The translations under genes were made by a program, and so were the position numbers. A DNA stretch of 64,000 bases from Coniocarpon cinnabarinum (Eukaryota), in contig JAVECO010000022.1 in the NCBI GenBank assembly GCA_051942205.1, positions 62,001 to 126,000 of the forward strand, written 5' to 3'. A model generated the notes under the pieces. It had not been told where the DNA came from. It worked only from the letters and a program-made list of their open reading frames with translations, and made no database searches. Of the stretch, positions 24,077 to 36,761 are shown in pieces; position 1 is the first letter of the stretch; each line of letters starts with the position of its first letter.

Positions 24077-26776
24077 CTATCCGAACGTTTCAACTACCTG
24101 GCCCACAAATCCTTCCAGTCCGGCCAGGCCCTTGATGCCTCGATCACCAGCATGTATACCAGGTCCACCTCCAGGCATCACCAGTAGCTTAGCCCCAACC
24201 CCGATCCATTCCCGGTAGGACTCGAGTTGCAATGTGACCAGAATATGATCCAGACTCGGACATGATTCTGCTGTATCTAGGCTTGCATCGTCGTCCATAG
24301 CGAAGGCTGGATCCTCGGCCACGTCCACGTTTTCCAAGATCTTGTCGTTGTCCATATTTTCGCTGTTCTGCAAAGCCACAGCAACTATTTTGGCCGATGA
24401 GCGAACACTCGCACTGTAGATGACGACTCGATTGCCCACTACAAGAGAACTGGCGTCTGAAATGTCAAACGATGCCGTGACGGTATGGGCCGCTCCCAAA
24501 GGGATGTCGGTGAGGACCATACCCCTTCGAATGGGCAGCCTCTTTTCTTGACTGGTGTCATCAACGGGTATGACACCAATGGTCCCTACCCGGTCTGCCG
24601 AAAGGGTCTGTGACGGTAGTCTGAGGTTGCGTATACTTACGACACGCACTCGTCGCCATTCGTCGTGTCTTGACTTTTCGAAACGCAGAGAAGGGGCTGT
24701 GATCCGTGCCAGAGCGTCGGAAAAGGAGCGTGGAGCCAGGAACGGGTCGTCAGGGTTAGGTGGTGGTAGGTCTTCTGAATCTTCTTGTGGGCGCTCGATC
24801 TGTGCAGAAAAAGGGCCGAGGAGCATCTCTTGACCAATGCAGATTTTCCCCTGAGCCAAGTGTCCGCTCATGACCGAGCCGACTTTCGACACATCGACTG
24901 CAACTACTCCACCCATCGAAGAGCCGTGCATCAATCTGAACGCATCATCAACGTGAAAGATTGTCATTGAAGAGGGCGTTGGTTGTTTGGCGATCTCAGA
25001 GCTTGATGCTTGTGTCGGACCAATGGGGATGTACCTTAGCAGTGCGTGCAATTTTCCGACACCTGTGCCGTTGACTGCGCTAGTGAAAAGGATTGGCACG
25101 ACAGTGTGGCCTTCTCGTATTATCAGGTCCACCACACGCTGCACCTCTTTCAGATCTCCCGCAGATACGAAATGAAGATTCATGTCACCAGGCTCAGCGG
25201 TGTCATTTGCCAGCAGAATAGGCTTACGGCCGGATCTTTTTAAGCGCGAAAGTAGAGCAGATAAGACCTCTCTGAAGTTTGCTTTCGACGCCGCATCCAA
25301 CTTAGTTATTGCGATCATCAGTGCAAGATCGAGACGTAGACACACGTCGAGTTGTGCCATTGAAATATGAGCGCTTGCTCCTGCGAACGCTCCTTGATTT
25401 TGTTCTTCGCGCAGATTGACCCCAGCATCGACTCTGTCACTGCCATTGCTTGCTGGTAAACACAGCAAAGTCCAGTGCGGCGCCCAGCCAAGCAAACCCC
25501 GAACGATGGTTCTTCGATATCGGGGGTGGCCAGCGGAGTCGGAGAGGAAAGCTAACCGGCCATTGCTAGACCGCGCATGGATGTCATTCCAGGAAGAGAC
25601 GTTGCTCGTGGCATAGTTGATGACATTGACTTGTTGCAGGTCCGCACCATTGTCAGCTGAATCATCATAGCCGATCAGCTCTTGCGTAACAGAGCTTGTC
25701 ATGCCAGATGCGATTTCGTGTCGATGTTTCAACATGGTCAGACGACTCCGACCTCGTCCGTTGTCGAGGGTTGACGTGGATAGTGTACCCAGCAGGCTGG
25801 ATTTGCCACTCGTTGTCGCGCCAGCAAGTGTGACGCGTAGCTGCTCTTGAGCACTTGGCAGTTTACTGTTCGATGGAGTGCGCAGAAGCGTGGGTTTGGT
25901 TTGGAGTGGGTTGGAGACGCCGGTAGCAAACCTCGCTTGCGTTGAAGAATGAGCCTGCGAGTGGCTGAGCAAGGGTTTAATGTACGCCTCGGCCACCCAC
26001 AAATCTTCGAGCTCCGCGGTTGTTTCTCCGCCAGCGGTGTCTGCGACATCTCTGATACTCTCGGCTTGGCCGACCTTAACCAAACGAAGCACAATGGTAG
26101 CGCAACCCAGACAAGCAGACATGGCCTGTAAATTGTTCAAACTCTCGCGCATCTCCTCTCTCGTAAGACCAACAAATGATCCATCATCCGACACGCCAAT
26201 CTCGTAGAGCGCACCATTGCTCTCCTCTAAACCTGGCAAAAGCTTTGACGGCGTTCTCGGTTCCAATAAGTCCCCTTCGGCCTGCGGAAAGGTTGGAAAG
26301 ATGACATTGTCTGCAGCAGAAGCGTGAAAGGTTGACGACTGCTGCAGACGCCACAGCAATTGAGTCGTCAACTGCTCCAATCTGTGTTGGCGTGTAGCCG
26401 ATGACTGAGCCAGAGGCAACGCATTGCTGGTTGTATGCTCGGGTGGTGTGCGAGGAGTAGTGGTCTGCGTTTTCGAATGCTGTGATCCAGCTGCGTATTT
26501 GGCGTTAGAGGTAGCAAAGAAAGTTCGACGAGGCCCTAGCAGGAGATGGACTTTGTATTCAGTGGGGCCTTGTTGAGGCTCTGCTTCGAGCTTCTCCACG
26601 CTCAGATCGTCAGAAGATGCAAAGTGTATAGATTCAAGATCATTGATGAGTGCGTCGATGTCACTTGATCGACTGGAACGGAGCTCCTTGGAGTCCTCTA
26701 TGTTGGACGCACTTGTTGACCGCCAAGGTGACGAAACCCTCGGGGGATCATGGTCGAATGTGAAAATTGATTGCAT
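24077..26776 (-). CDS. GTPBP2/GTPBP1-like translational GTPase
   Basis: G1 GATTSGKS, KHRHEIASGMTSS, G3 DSAGH, G4 TKLD, TSAVNG. The N-terminal EPQQGPTEYK..LTTQLLWRL..ALYEIGVSDDG resembles GTPBP2. Confidence 0.85.
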   Translation of the reverse strand: MQSIFTFDHDPPRVSSPWRSTSASNIEDSKELRSSRSSDIDALINDLESIHFASSDDLSVEKLEAEPQQGPTEYKVHLLLGPRRTFFATSNAKYAAGSQHSKTQTTTPRTPPEHTTSNALPLAQSSATRQHRLEQLTTQLLWRLQQSSTFHASAADNVIFPTFPQAEGDLLEPRTPSKLLPGLEESNGALYEIGVSDDGSFVGLTREEMRESLNNLQAMSACLGCATIVLRLVKVGQAESIRDVADTAGGETTAELEDLWVAEAYIKPLLSHSQAHSSTQARFATGVSNPLQTKPTLLRTPSNSKLPSAQEQLRVTLAGATTSGKSSLLGTLSTSTLDNGRGRSRLTMLKHRHEIASGMTSSVTQELIGYDDSADNGADLQQVNVINYATSNVSSWNDIHARSSNGRLAFLSDSAGHPRYRRTIVRGLLGWAPHWTLLCLPASNGSDRVDAGVNLREEQNQGAFAGASAHISMAQLDVCLRLDLALMIAITKLDAASKANFREVLSALLSRLKRSGRKPILLANDTAEPGDMNLHFVSAGDLKEVQRVVDLIIREGHTVVPILFTSAVNGTGVGKLHALLRYIPIGPTQASSSEIAKQPTPSSMTIFHVDDAFRLMHGSSMGGVVAVDVSKVGSVMSGHLAQGKICIGQEMLLGPFSAQIERPQEDSEDLPPPNPDDPFLAPRSFSDALARITAPSLRFEKSRHDEWRRVRVVSIRNLRLPSQTLSADRVGTIGVIPVDDTSQEKRLPIRRGMVLTDIPLGAAHTVTASFDISDASSLVVGNRVVIYSASVRSSAKIVAVALQNSENMDNDKILENVDVAEDPAFAMDDDASLDTAESCPSLDHILVTLQLESYREWIGVGAKLLVMPGGGPGIHAGDRGIKGLAGLEGFVGQVVETFG

Positions 26777-29057
26777 CGTCGAGAAAGTTTATGGAGTTTT
26801 GCAATGGGACTATTTTGTTTGTCAAGCAAGCCAAGGTTTCATTGTCGCGCATCAGCTTCATCTTGATAAGCGCCACCCTTGATGGCATCGATGTATTCGT
26901 AAAAGGTGAGTTCGCAAAGCTGACTGGACGAGCGGAGACATCTCGCTAAAGGGCATGACGGGACTGGCGCAGTAGTAGAAGCTCAAGGGCGCGGTATTAC
27001 AGCTTCGGAAGGCACGTCAAATCGCTTTCTCGCGTTGCAGAGGCAGTGGCTTCTACCATGTGGCGAGAGCCATCTTCTTCGTCTACAGCTCAAACCGTGA
27101 TGGGTCAGAGTCGCGTTGGACAAGCCTCGACTCGATCAGGAAGCACGGAGCATTGCAAGGCAAGTCTGAGGCCTTACGTAATTCGTGCGGTTGGGAACAG
27201 ATAGGATGCCTGGAGTCTCAGGCTCGGGTACTGTACCTCACCTAGGCTCTAGCACGTGCGTAGTAGGTAGCCCTGGGCCCGAAAGAGAGGCGCCGCCGGG
27301 CAGGGAGTGTCGGTACGTCAATCCCCAGAGTGGGCCCGAGAGCCTGATCGCCAGAGATGACGGCCACTTCCACATCTCTGCGGCAAAGGCCTTTTGTTCG
27401 GCTTTATTACTCAGTTGCTCCCGGCCGCTTGACTCGAAGGGCGCTGTAAGAGCACCTAAACTAGAGCGTGCTTGAGCCGTCGGTTTGGTTTTGCCAAGTA
27501 CACGGGACATATATTGAGAGATGCATCGCCCTGATGAGGCAAGCACAGACTCATGCAACAGACTGCCCGACGCTGAGCCTCGGCATTTCCTTGCCTTGCT
27601 GGTGTCGCGGGCCTCGATCAGGGAGAGATTGCGACGAACCGCGTTGAGGGCTGGATGGCCTGTAGGCATGGTTCTTTGCGTTGCTGTTGTTGGTCTGCTT
27701 GCAGGAAGACTACGACCAGACGGCTGCCCGCATGCCTGTCAGTGTCGTGGAGACATGCATGCGGTGGGCACGTGGTGCTGTTGAACAGTGCTGAGCAAGA
27801 TCCAGTGCATGACTTGCGTGCGTGGTGCGCAGGGCAGGGTGCCCACCCTGACACAGAGCAAGCCCCCTCTCATGTCAGTCGCCGGTATCAGGCGATCAGG
27901 CGGTGAGCATAGCCGTTTAAGCCTCGCACGTTGCGCATCGCGACCGCCGAGGCAAGTGCATAGATCGAGCAATCAGCTGGCACCATCGCAGCGTGCAATA
28001 TCCACGGACACAGGACCACGAGACCAGAGAGAGCGTTGAACTGGCTCATCTTAACGTGTGAAGTCTGTGTGATGAGGATGAGCGTGTCATGTTCCCTTTT
28101 GCCCACCCTGCTGACTCGCCGCCGGAACTTGCCACGCCCGCCCTGAAACAGTGCAGTGTGCGAGAACGTGTCACCCACGCGGCGCGCAAATCTCCCATGT
28201 CACGCGACCCGGTTGGGCGGTTGTCAGTCTGTCAGCCAGCCACAGAGCCAGGAGTCACCCTCGCTGACATAATGCGGCGGATGGCACCTCGCGGTCCGCT
28301 CCGCCGAGCAGCAACGCCGGGGGCGATCTCCTGCGTCGGGCAACGGCGAAAGATGTTGCATTCTCATGTCAGCATGCTCTATACGTGTCGCGCCTGGCAG
28401 TCGGGGGCCTCAATGGACGCCGCAGGTCCTAAATTCCATGCTGACCATGCCAACCGTCCGCTCGGCGCCGTGTGCCAGCCGGCGTGGCAGATCGGCGCCC
28501 TCGGCGCCCTCGGCACGTGTTAGCCGTCCACCCCTTTCGGAACCGCACAGTCCCAAGCCAGGTACCCAAACGCCCGTGACTTCGTCCACTGGGTGACAAG
28601 GTTCTCATGCGCGGGGACACAGCCCTCGCATTGCATGATGAGCTCGCATGAATTTCTTCCTCAGATCATGACGGCAACCAGCTGACAGTTGCTGACACGC
28701 GAGCCTGGTTCAGAAACCCACCATAACGCCCAGCTATTGCCTCCGTGTACTATACAGGACATATGCCAGTCTCGGAGCTTATGATGTATCAAGATCTTCA
28801 CCACACAGTAAGATCCGAAGAGAAAACAGAGTTGTGAAGGAAATGTCGAGCAGCCAATGAGAGTAGTAACGAAACTATTTGTACATAGAGAAGCATGAAT
28901 AAAGCGAACATCAAATGAAACAGAAAAAAGAAGGTTGAACCTTTCCAAACCATGCGTGCGCTCGCAATTCATTGCTCGCTTTTGAGTTTTCTATCATGCC
29001 GTGTAATAAACATAATCATACAGACTCACTTTCAGAGTGCTTCATTAGTTATTCGGT

Positions 29058-30212
29058 TTAGCTAGAGCCTCGGCGTGGCTTGCACTTAGAGTTGAGCAAG
29101 TGGTTCGTCCTCGCGGTACTCCTCGTAAATTCAGCACCACATCGAGGGCAGACAGATCGGGGAGCAGTGCCGCGACGTTCTCTCTGGTGACGCAGCAAGT
29201 TGCTGAATGTCGAGAATTCGCGACCGTTGCAACCATGCTCCCAGCACTGGGGCTTTGGACGCGAAGGCTCCACCGGAGGCGGTGGTGCTGCGGAATAAGT
29301 GCGCGATGGCTGAAGGGTTGATGGCAATGCTGCCTGTGGATGAGATTGAGTGCGCGGTCGAGGAACCCGAGATGACTCGAGGGTCACAGGAGCCGGGATA
29401 GGGCCTGATGGAGGCAGGATGTAACTGGAGCCATGATGAGAACGATGCAGGAGCGACGTCGAACGCGGAAATACACACCTTGGATAGGATGACTGTCCGT
29501 AGCTCACTGCCGGGTAGCTCTGAGGCTGATAGGTGGATTGCGAATAGGACGTCTGATAATCAGAAGATTGCGGCGGTGGCGGTGGCGGTCCGTAGGACTG
29601 CGAAGGGTAAGGCAGGTTGCTATAGGAAGGCTGGAACGGGGTGGCGTTGGCATAGACTGGACCCATGGATTGGGATCCGGTGCTGGCGATAGATGATCTG
29701 TGCGAGTAGCTTGAAGGCACCGGCGAGCTCTCCAAGTAGCTATAGGGCATCTGCCCCGGCTGTGAATCTCCAGGTGCGGACGTGGTACGGACTGGAGGTG
29801 GGGCCTGCCAGGTCGCATAGGAAGGGGCTGTGTGTGGCAAAGTGGAGTACTCCGAGACGTAAGGAGCTGTCGTGAACGGAGTGGTCAAGCTCTGTGGATC
29901 GATCGTGCCGTCATCCCTCCGAGGACGCTGGTATTGGCGCTGCATAGTGAGATCCTCGACGTCGGAAGCTTTGCGTTTGCGTGTCGTCTTGGCCTCTGGA
30001 AGCTTGAGCTCGAGTGGGTGTTGAGATGCAACGGGGAATGTGGATGGCAGTAGCGACTGTAGCGTGGACTCAGGATCCGTCAATGGCGCGGTGTACGAGG
30101 AATATCGTGACAAAGGTCTCTCGGGTCTGGTCTGGTCCATCAGAGGGTGGCCTTCTGGTGAGGACCAGTAACCTTTATAGGGGTCCTGAGTCGTGGGGAT
30201 GATGGACACCAT
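29058..30212 (-). CDS. C2H2 zinc-finger transcription factor
   Basis: C-terminal [16 protein letters not shown] and CPRC..FTR..H...C fingers; P/S/Q/Y-rich body; TRKRK NLS-like motif; probable in-frame intron 29478-29425. The start is uncertain. Confidence 0.85.
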   Translation of the reverse strand: MVSIIPTTQDPYKGYWSSPEGHPLMDQTRPERPLSRYSSYTAPLTDPESTLQSLLPSTFPVASQHPLELKLPEAKTTRKRKASDVEDLTMQRQYQRPRRDDGTIDPQSLTTPFTTAPYVSEYSTLPHTAPSYATWQAPPPVRTTSAPGDSQPGQMPYSYLESSPVPSSYSHRSSIASTGSQSMGPVYANATPFQPSYSNLPYPSQSYGPPPPPPQSSDYQTSYSQSTYQPQSYPAVSYGQSSYPRCVFPRSTSLLHRSHHGSSYILPPSGPIPAPVTLESSRVPRPRTQSHPQAALPSTLQPSRTYSAAPPPPVEPSRPKPQCWEHGCNGREFSTFSNLLRHQRERRGTAPRSVCPRCGAEFTRSTARTNHLLNSKCKPRRGSS

Positions 30213-33200
30213 AAGTCAATGCTGCTCCCGTCGGAGCAGTGAAGAACGGTTGCAACGTGAGTATGCCTTGCGCCGCCAGCAGCTGCAGCTTTGTAACCTC
30301 TAGACGCTGCTGCAATAGCCCTTCAGGTAATTTCCACCACGCGGCGGCACTAAACGAGCAAATGGTAATAATAATACGTTTCCAGATATGCAAGACGGAA
30401 CTGCTGATTGCCCAGTGGAGAAGGATTGTGCCTTTTGGAAGGATGCTGATCTGAGAGTGCTGAGACGCTGTACTTATAACGACAAACATGCAATGGCTTG
30501 GGGATGAGGAAGGGACCAGACCATGCAAACAAGAAGCGGATATATAAAAAGTCGAAGGATAGTGTTGCAACGTCAATTTGGAGTAGTGTAGAAAAGGTGC
30601 TGCGTTTCAAGATGGTCTGCTCCGGGGAGAAAAGAAATAGTGTACCGTCTCTGTCGAAGTCCATGATGTAGGTACAGACTCGCTTCGAATCGAGGTGGCT
30701 TAGCGCGCCTCCATGGCTGCAGCGAGTGCGGATCAGAATGCACCGTCAGGTACACGGACGAGACACATGGGCATGAGCCAGGGCCCACGAGGGCGGCGGA
30801 AAGGCCGGTCCCACTACCGCCTCTCGGGTGATCAGAGTGTGCAGCATCCAGAGGAGGTGTGTGTGCGCACCCATGTTCGTGGACGGATGGGCTGGCGTTG
30901 GGGAGGGCGTGCAAGGACCCGGTGTGGAAGAAGCCGTCAGTTGGAGTGCGGGCGGGCTCGAAATGGCAGCGAGCCAGCCGTGCAGGCCTGGTCGACCAAG
31001 TCAGATGAAGGCGCGTGCGAAGATGTTGGGACGAGTGTCCTCAGGACGCTTCGACTGCGGAGAGACAGGAGGAAGACGCTAGGCTCACGGATCGTAGCCG
31101 CGTCGCAGGGGGGACTGCCGAGTCAGCACCCATGCATAGCAGCAGCGACGGCGTCAGACTTGGGGCGAATGTGCTCAGAGAGTGTGCTGGGGGTGGAGTT
31201 GGAACGAGTGGGTGCATGCAAGATCCGTGGGTTTTGCTGCTTCTCATGCGCGGTCCACTGGGGAGGACGGGGTGGCTCGATACGTCATGCGCATGAGAGC
31301 ACCAGGAGCAGCAGCAGCAACAGCATGCCCTGTGGACTGCGCTGTGTCGTGCGACCATGGCGTATCTGGACGAACGCATCTCCCACGGCGCCGCAGAGAT
31401 TCAATGTGAGGTCATGTCGTCCTCCACGCGTGCCCGCCATTGTGAGCTGGGCTCAGATCGCAATGAGGTGTAGTCGCGCCGGTGCGTGCGAGTTGGCGGC
31501 GCACGCATCTAACGGGCGCGGCGATCATTCCTGCTCACGGCTAGCTGGTACCGGAGCGAGTGCGCAAGAAGCACGAAGGCAGCACAGGTGGCCAGATCGA
31601 CGGCCGTGGAATAATGTGAGGCCAAGGGGCACATGCGCACCCCCCAAACATTGTCGCCCACGGACTTTACTGCGCCAGCCGTCTGCTCAAGGCTTACGAG
31701 TCAGCCCCTGAACTTGTGCAGCGCTGCAAGTTGCACACGACGGTGTCCGCGTCGAGGCGACAATGGGGGGCTGGGAATAGCAGCACAAAGCGGTGTGGAC
31801 TGGCAGTATAGAGCTCTGTACACTGTGGCCAGGGGAGGTCAAAACACCGTGCTTAACAACAAGAGACTACCGGAGGTCAGGCTGGATCAGACGAGGTAAA
31901 TGCTTCGGATGTGGTAAGTGGTAGGCGTGGAGTCTCCTCTGCCAATCAAAAGCGGGCATATGGTGGTCCATGCTCCGCAACGTGGCCCCCACAGACCCAT
32001 TCACGCCAGTAGACGCTCTGAGTGCGCTCTCTCCCTTCTCAACCTCCAGCCCATCTCCTGTGCCCTTTTTTTAGATTGCTACCCTCGCCAGTAGCTTGGC
32101 ACTGCGGCGTCCATTGGAACATTGCGGATGCATTGGTGCTGGCGGTGTGAGGGGCCTCCACTGCGCTTTGCGATACTGCTCCAATCCGGACCTCAGCTTG
32201 ACGCAATGTTCCTACGCAATAGCCGAGTACGTCTTGGTGGTGGACGTCTGCTGTCCGTGCGCGTTCTAAGAAGCGGTCTGCAACCATTGCCATTGGTCTG
32301 ACGCATTGCACGACCCCGCCTCGTGGTGAACCAAGATCGGTACAGCACACGTGGTGAGGGGCCGCATCTCTGAAACGGCTGTCAAGGTGACGCAGAGTCG
32401 GGGCCCCTTGCGTCTGCATCAGACTGTTGCATGCGTGTCGTCAACGTGGCTCGCGCCGTCGTTCAACATGATCAGGCTGAAAAAAGAAAACGAATAACGA
32501 GCGTGCAGCCACGAGGGTGTCCGCGGGCCTCAAAGTGGTCTGTCGGTTGGTGACGCCATTTATGATAGCATCCCGTCAGATCTAACTGCTTGCGGTCTCT
32601 GGGCTTCCTTCTTGAGCGTTCTAGCGTCCTTCTAGAAGATTTCCATTTCTGCCGCTGCCATACCAACCCCTTCCCGTCCAGGTCAAGCCACAAAACGTGG
32701 TCGATGACATATCCCGTGCCCTGTTGCTGCTTCGACAATATTCCCCCTTTGGTGCCATGATGAGACATACAATAGCCTGCGCATACAACTGTCACCTGCC
32801 ATCCCGTTCCGCTTATGCGGTACATTGACCGCGGACATCGGTGCACTGGCAAGCCGTGCCTTTGACACGCGAAGAAGGCTTTCCAGAACCACGTGGAATT
32901 AGAGGTCATGCACGTGTTTCGTAGCGTTGCATCGCATGTGCGCCTCGTCGTTGCGCACGCGGAGTCCACGCGAGCTGACAAGCGGCTACCGGCACCTTCT
33001 CAAGCTTGCGACAGGACCCGCGTGCTCGCCAGGGGACGAAGCCGTAGTTCGTCGTCACATTCAAGGTACCTATGACTGTCGCAAGACTAGCTCAGATCGG
33101 AGTCGCAATTGAGTTTCAGCTTCAGCCCTCCGTGGGTTCTGCGAGGGCGTTTCAGTGAGATGTCAAGATCTCCCAGGTGCGTCAGGCTGAGAGATGGTTT

Positions 33201-35472
33201 GTGCGATCCGAAATTAGCAATATTCTAGAACAATAGCACGCGGTCATCCTTCGAGCCTTGGATGTCAGCGGCCTTGTCAGAATGAGAGAATACGAAGCGT
33301 CAGATCGGCTTTTGACGCGTAGTATGCTGTTGCACGTGATGCTCATCGCAGCGTGTCTTGGCATGGAATGTTTACCCAAGTCGCAACGTTTGATCGTAAG
33401 GGCGTCAAAGAAGATTGACAAAGATTTCCCACAAGTTCCGTCATGATCATCCTGCGGCCAACTTTGATCATCCCACAAGGTCGTCCGATCAGCATAACGA
33501 ACCACAAGCCGCCTGATGATCAACAAGGTCGTCACGTGATGGTTGATATGTCTGCATCATGCCCTGCATCACGTGCTTCTCTTTGGTTACGGAATCAACT
33601 TGACCATCCATGGGGACACGTTCGTTGAATGGATGGATTCGCCCCTGTGTGTGGAAACAATGCTAAAGAATCGGCCTCCCGCTTGATCAAAGCCAATCTT
33701 TGGTTCAGTTGCCGGCCGGCAACTGCATCCTTTAGGCTCCCCCTGATACAATCCTCCATCCTCACCAAGTCCGCGGACAGCGCTGCCACTTTTCGAACAC
33801 GTTACATCTCTGTATCAGTCCTGCTAGCAGCCTTAGCGATCACACGTGGGTCGGAATCGTGAGTTGACTCAATATTCGTCACGTCACATGTAAGCAAGCA
33901 TCGCTATAAGGCTATAAAATCCTCTTGTCTATTCTCGTGCCAAAAAATCTACACGCCGAGGCAAGGTATAACACCTGAAACGCGACATTTACAAATCTGC
34001 TATGACAAGGCTTCGCGATCATGGTCTCCACTCAAGCTGGAAAACCTCAAACCTGGGCGGCCAGCAAGGAACGGGCTTGTGCCCCACCGCTGCTCAAAGC
34101 CAAGCAAAATTCATTCAAATCCATCGATCTAGACCCTCTTCCTACATGTCATGACAGAACTCCGTCAAACAGCTGAGGCCGCGTGATCTGGGATCAAGAG
34201 GCGATCGGTGCTGCGTGTCTCGTATGTATCAACAACGGTTTGATGCGTCTGAGACTTCAGCGAGCGTGTCTGCTCGATGCCTTGCAGCAATTTCTTACAC
34301 CCGAACTCGGGTCCTAACAGTCACGCATAAAAACAGATGATAGATCAGCTGTGGGACACGCGAAAGACTTTCCCGTTGACCCAGTCAGTGCAAGGTGGCG
34401 ACCTCAACAAGCGGGGTCGGCCTACTGCAAGGCAAAATCCACTTGCGTCGACTTCCATTCACACAGACGTGTACTCCTTCCGTTGCATCGCTGAACGCCT
34501 TCTTGATCTGGAGAACTCTCACGAAGCCGGGGAGACCCGAGCAATTCGGTGGAAATTGTCTCCAGCTCGTACCTTCAGTTTTCCCGACCCGCAGGTAGAG
34601 TACTGCATCACGAGTGTCACGCGATATGCTCTCAGAAATCCTTTGTATCCGCTCCATGCTCGTTCATTCGTCCTCGAGCCAATCCTTTTGCCTTCAGTGC
34701 CAAGAAGACACTCCTCCGAAATGCAATTTTTCGTCTTTTTCCTGCCCCTCTTGCCCCTCGCTAACGCACTTGCTCAGAATATCCTGCTTTCAATAAGCAC
34801 CTTCCGATTGAAAGCTTCACGAGCTAGCGAAAAACCCTTGACTGTCCTAGAATGATTTTCCTTTCATCAACCTTTGCTTTCGATACATTGTGCAACATTG
34901 CGGAAGCTTGAAAACTCGGCCAATGCCCGTATTGACCCGGAAGCGTCACTCGAAGTCGTTGCCTGATTATCTGCACCCGCTTATCAGACAGAGGAAACAC
35001 ATGTTCGGGCATTGAATCTTCAGCCTAATGAAAATTAGGCAATCAAAGCTGCGAGCTTGACGACCCAAGCACCCGATGTCCTGTAAAGCACTGAATCGCG
35101 CCGTAGCAAGTGCCTTTTTCCGTTGCGCTTGCAACACAACCCTCTACGCATCCATGATAGATTCCTGAGCCTCATTTCGCACCAAACTTCCACAAGCGCA
35201 GTCAGCAAATGCTATCTGCACTGAGTCTTCAATCCGCAAACTGTATCCTCAGGCCAAATTCTGGATTTCAAACCCTGAATGCACAGACTCAGTACATACT
35301 GTACATCTAACACCTCCCATAATCAATAAGGGTTTCGCATCTGAGATTCTTTTGCCCATCCATAGAATCAGACACACGCATCTCTGTCGCATTATCCGCT
35401 AACTCATTCGCCAGATCCTCGCTCGAACAATCATCCATCAGCACTTTTCGGCCTTGCATTAGCCTTGTATTG

Positions 35473-35653
35473 GTCTTCCATTAGGGCTTCCATTAGGTCT
35501 TCCATTAGGTCTTCTATTAGGTCTTCTATTAGGTCGTCTATTAGGTCTTCTATTAGGTCTTCCATTAGCCCTCCATTAGGTCTTCCCTTAGTCTTCCATT
35601 AGTCTTCCATTAGGAGTAGGTCCTCCATTAGCCGCCCACCAACCCTCCATTAG
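35473..35653. repeat. 12-bp tandem array, about 14 copies
   Basis: GTCTTC(C/T)ATTAG: 12 contiguous units of 11-12 bp at 35473-35613, plus two detached copies. Confidence 0.95.
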
Positions 35654-36761
35654 TACCCCATCAACCCAGCATCTCTTCACTGACACTGAGCAACGCTTTC
35701 TATACCTTCTTGAGTTTCTAACTCAGGCATCTTCGAAGACGCGACCCACCTCTCCGAATCGAGATTCCCAACGTTAGAACCTCAGTATCACATGCATTAC
35801 CGTAGCGGGGACCTTGTGCCAAGTTGCACAATTACAAGTCGCAGAACAGCGCAGAAAATTCAAAATGCAAGATGAAAGATACAAGACTGTGCAGAAGCTG
35901 ATAGTCATACTTCTGCAACCTGCGTTTCATAGGGGTCACCCATGTTGGCCTAGTCTCTCAGTAACTGAAGAGGAGACGTGGGAACAGATTCGATTGATAG
36001 ATTTTAGAGACGTATTCTATCGAGTTGCGAATGCCGATATGTAGGTCGTTTAGTAAGCTGAAGACAAGTAGCAGTTGCACGTCTTATAGAATTGCAAATA
36101 CGCAATGGGATCAATGCATAGTCTCAGGTAGACGAAGCTCAACAGACCATGACAGAAGGCAGTACCGATTACTGGATTTTGTGCTATGGATTTGCTCGTA
36201 GACGCGTGCTTGTTCAAGCAGTGAGGTCCTAAGCCAAGAGCAATCAGATCACTTCGGCTGCGAGCAGGACGTCGAAAGCTATCAAAGCCTCACCATGCAT
36301 CGAATCACGCTATGGCAAGTACACTCATTCGTGACTTTGCTGAAGACCGACAGAAGACAACGATCAACATTTAGAGGGCCTACGAAGCGCAAGAGCCCAT
36401 GTTCCTGACCACTGCGAAGACAGTCAAAACACATCGACCATCAATCAAAAGAGCATGAAAAGGTCATCAAGCCACGTTTTGATTGCATTAGATTAGAGCA
36501 CTATTCGCTCGCTATGTCATCGCTCAACCCTGATTGCTCAGGATCATAACCGTCCCTTTCCCCTTGTTTCCCAAGAAGACGGTGAGAAATCTCAGATGAA
36601 AAGAAACCGTCACTCATCACAGGGGTATCATTTCCCAACGGGAACGCTCGACACAAGAGAAAAACGAAATTATCGAGATAGCCACCAGCGCCATGCTTCA
36701 TCTTGTTTTGTTTGCAAATCAAAAGAAAGCGGTTTTTTGCGTCTTGGAGTGGTGATGGAGT

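Noticed and set aside
26950..28620. Overlapping short ORFs between the GTPase and the zinc-finger gene
   Set aside because: No motifs and no coherent exon chain; treated as intergenic.
28630..28700. Box C/D snoRNA-like ATGATGA...CTGA
   Set aside because: Short, with no convincing terminal stem or recognisable rRNA guide.
30713..31711. 332-aa plus-strand ORF
   Set aside because: Arg/Gly/Ala/Cys-rich with no recognisable motif, typical of a chance ORF in GC-rich regulatory DNA.
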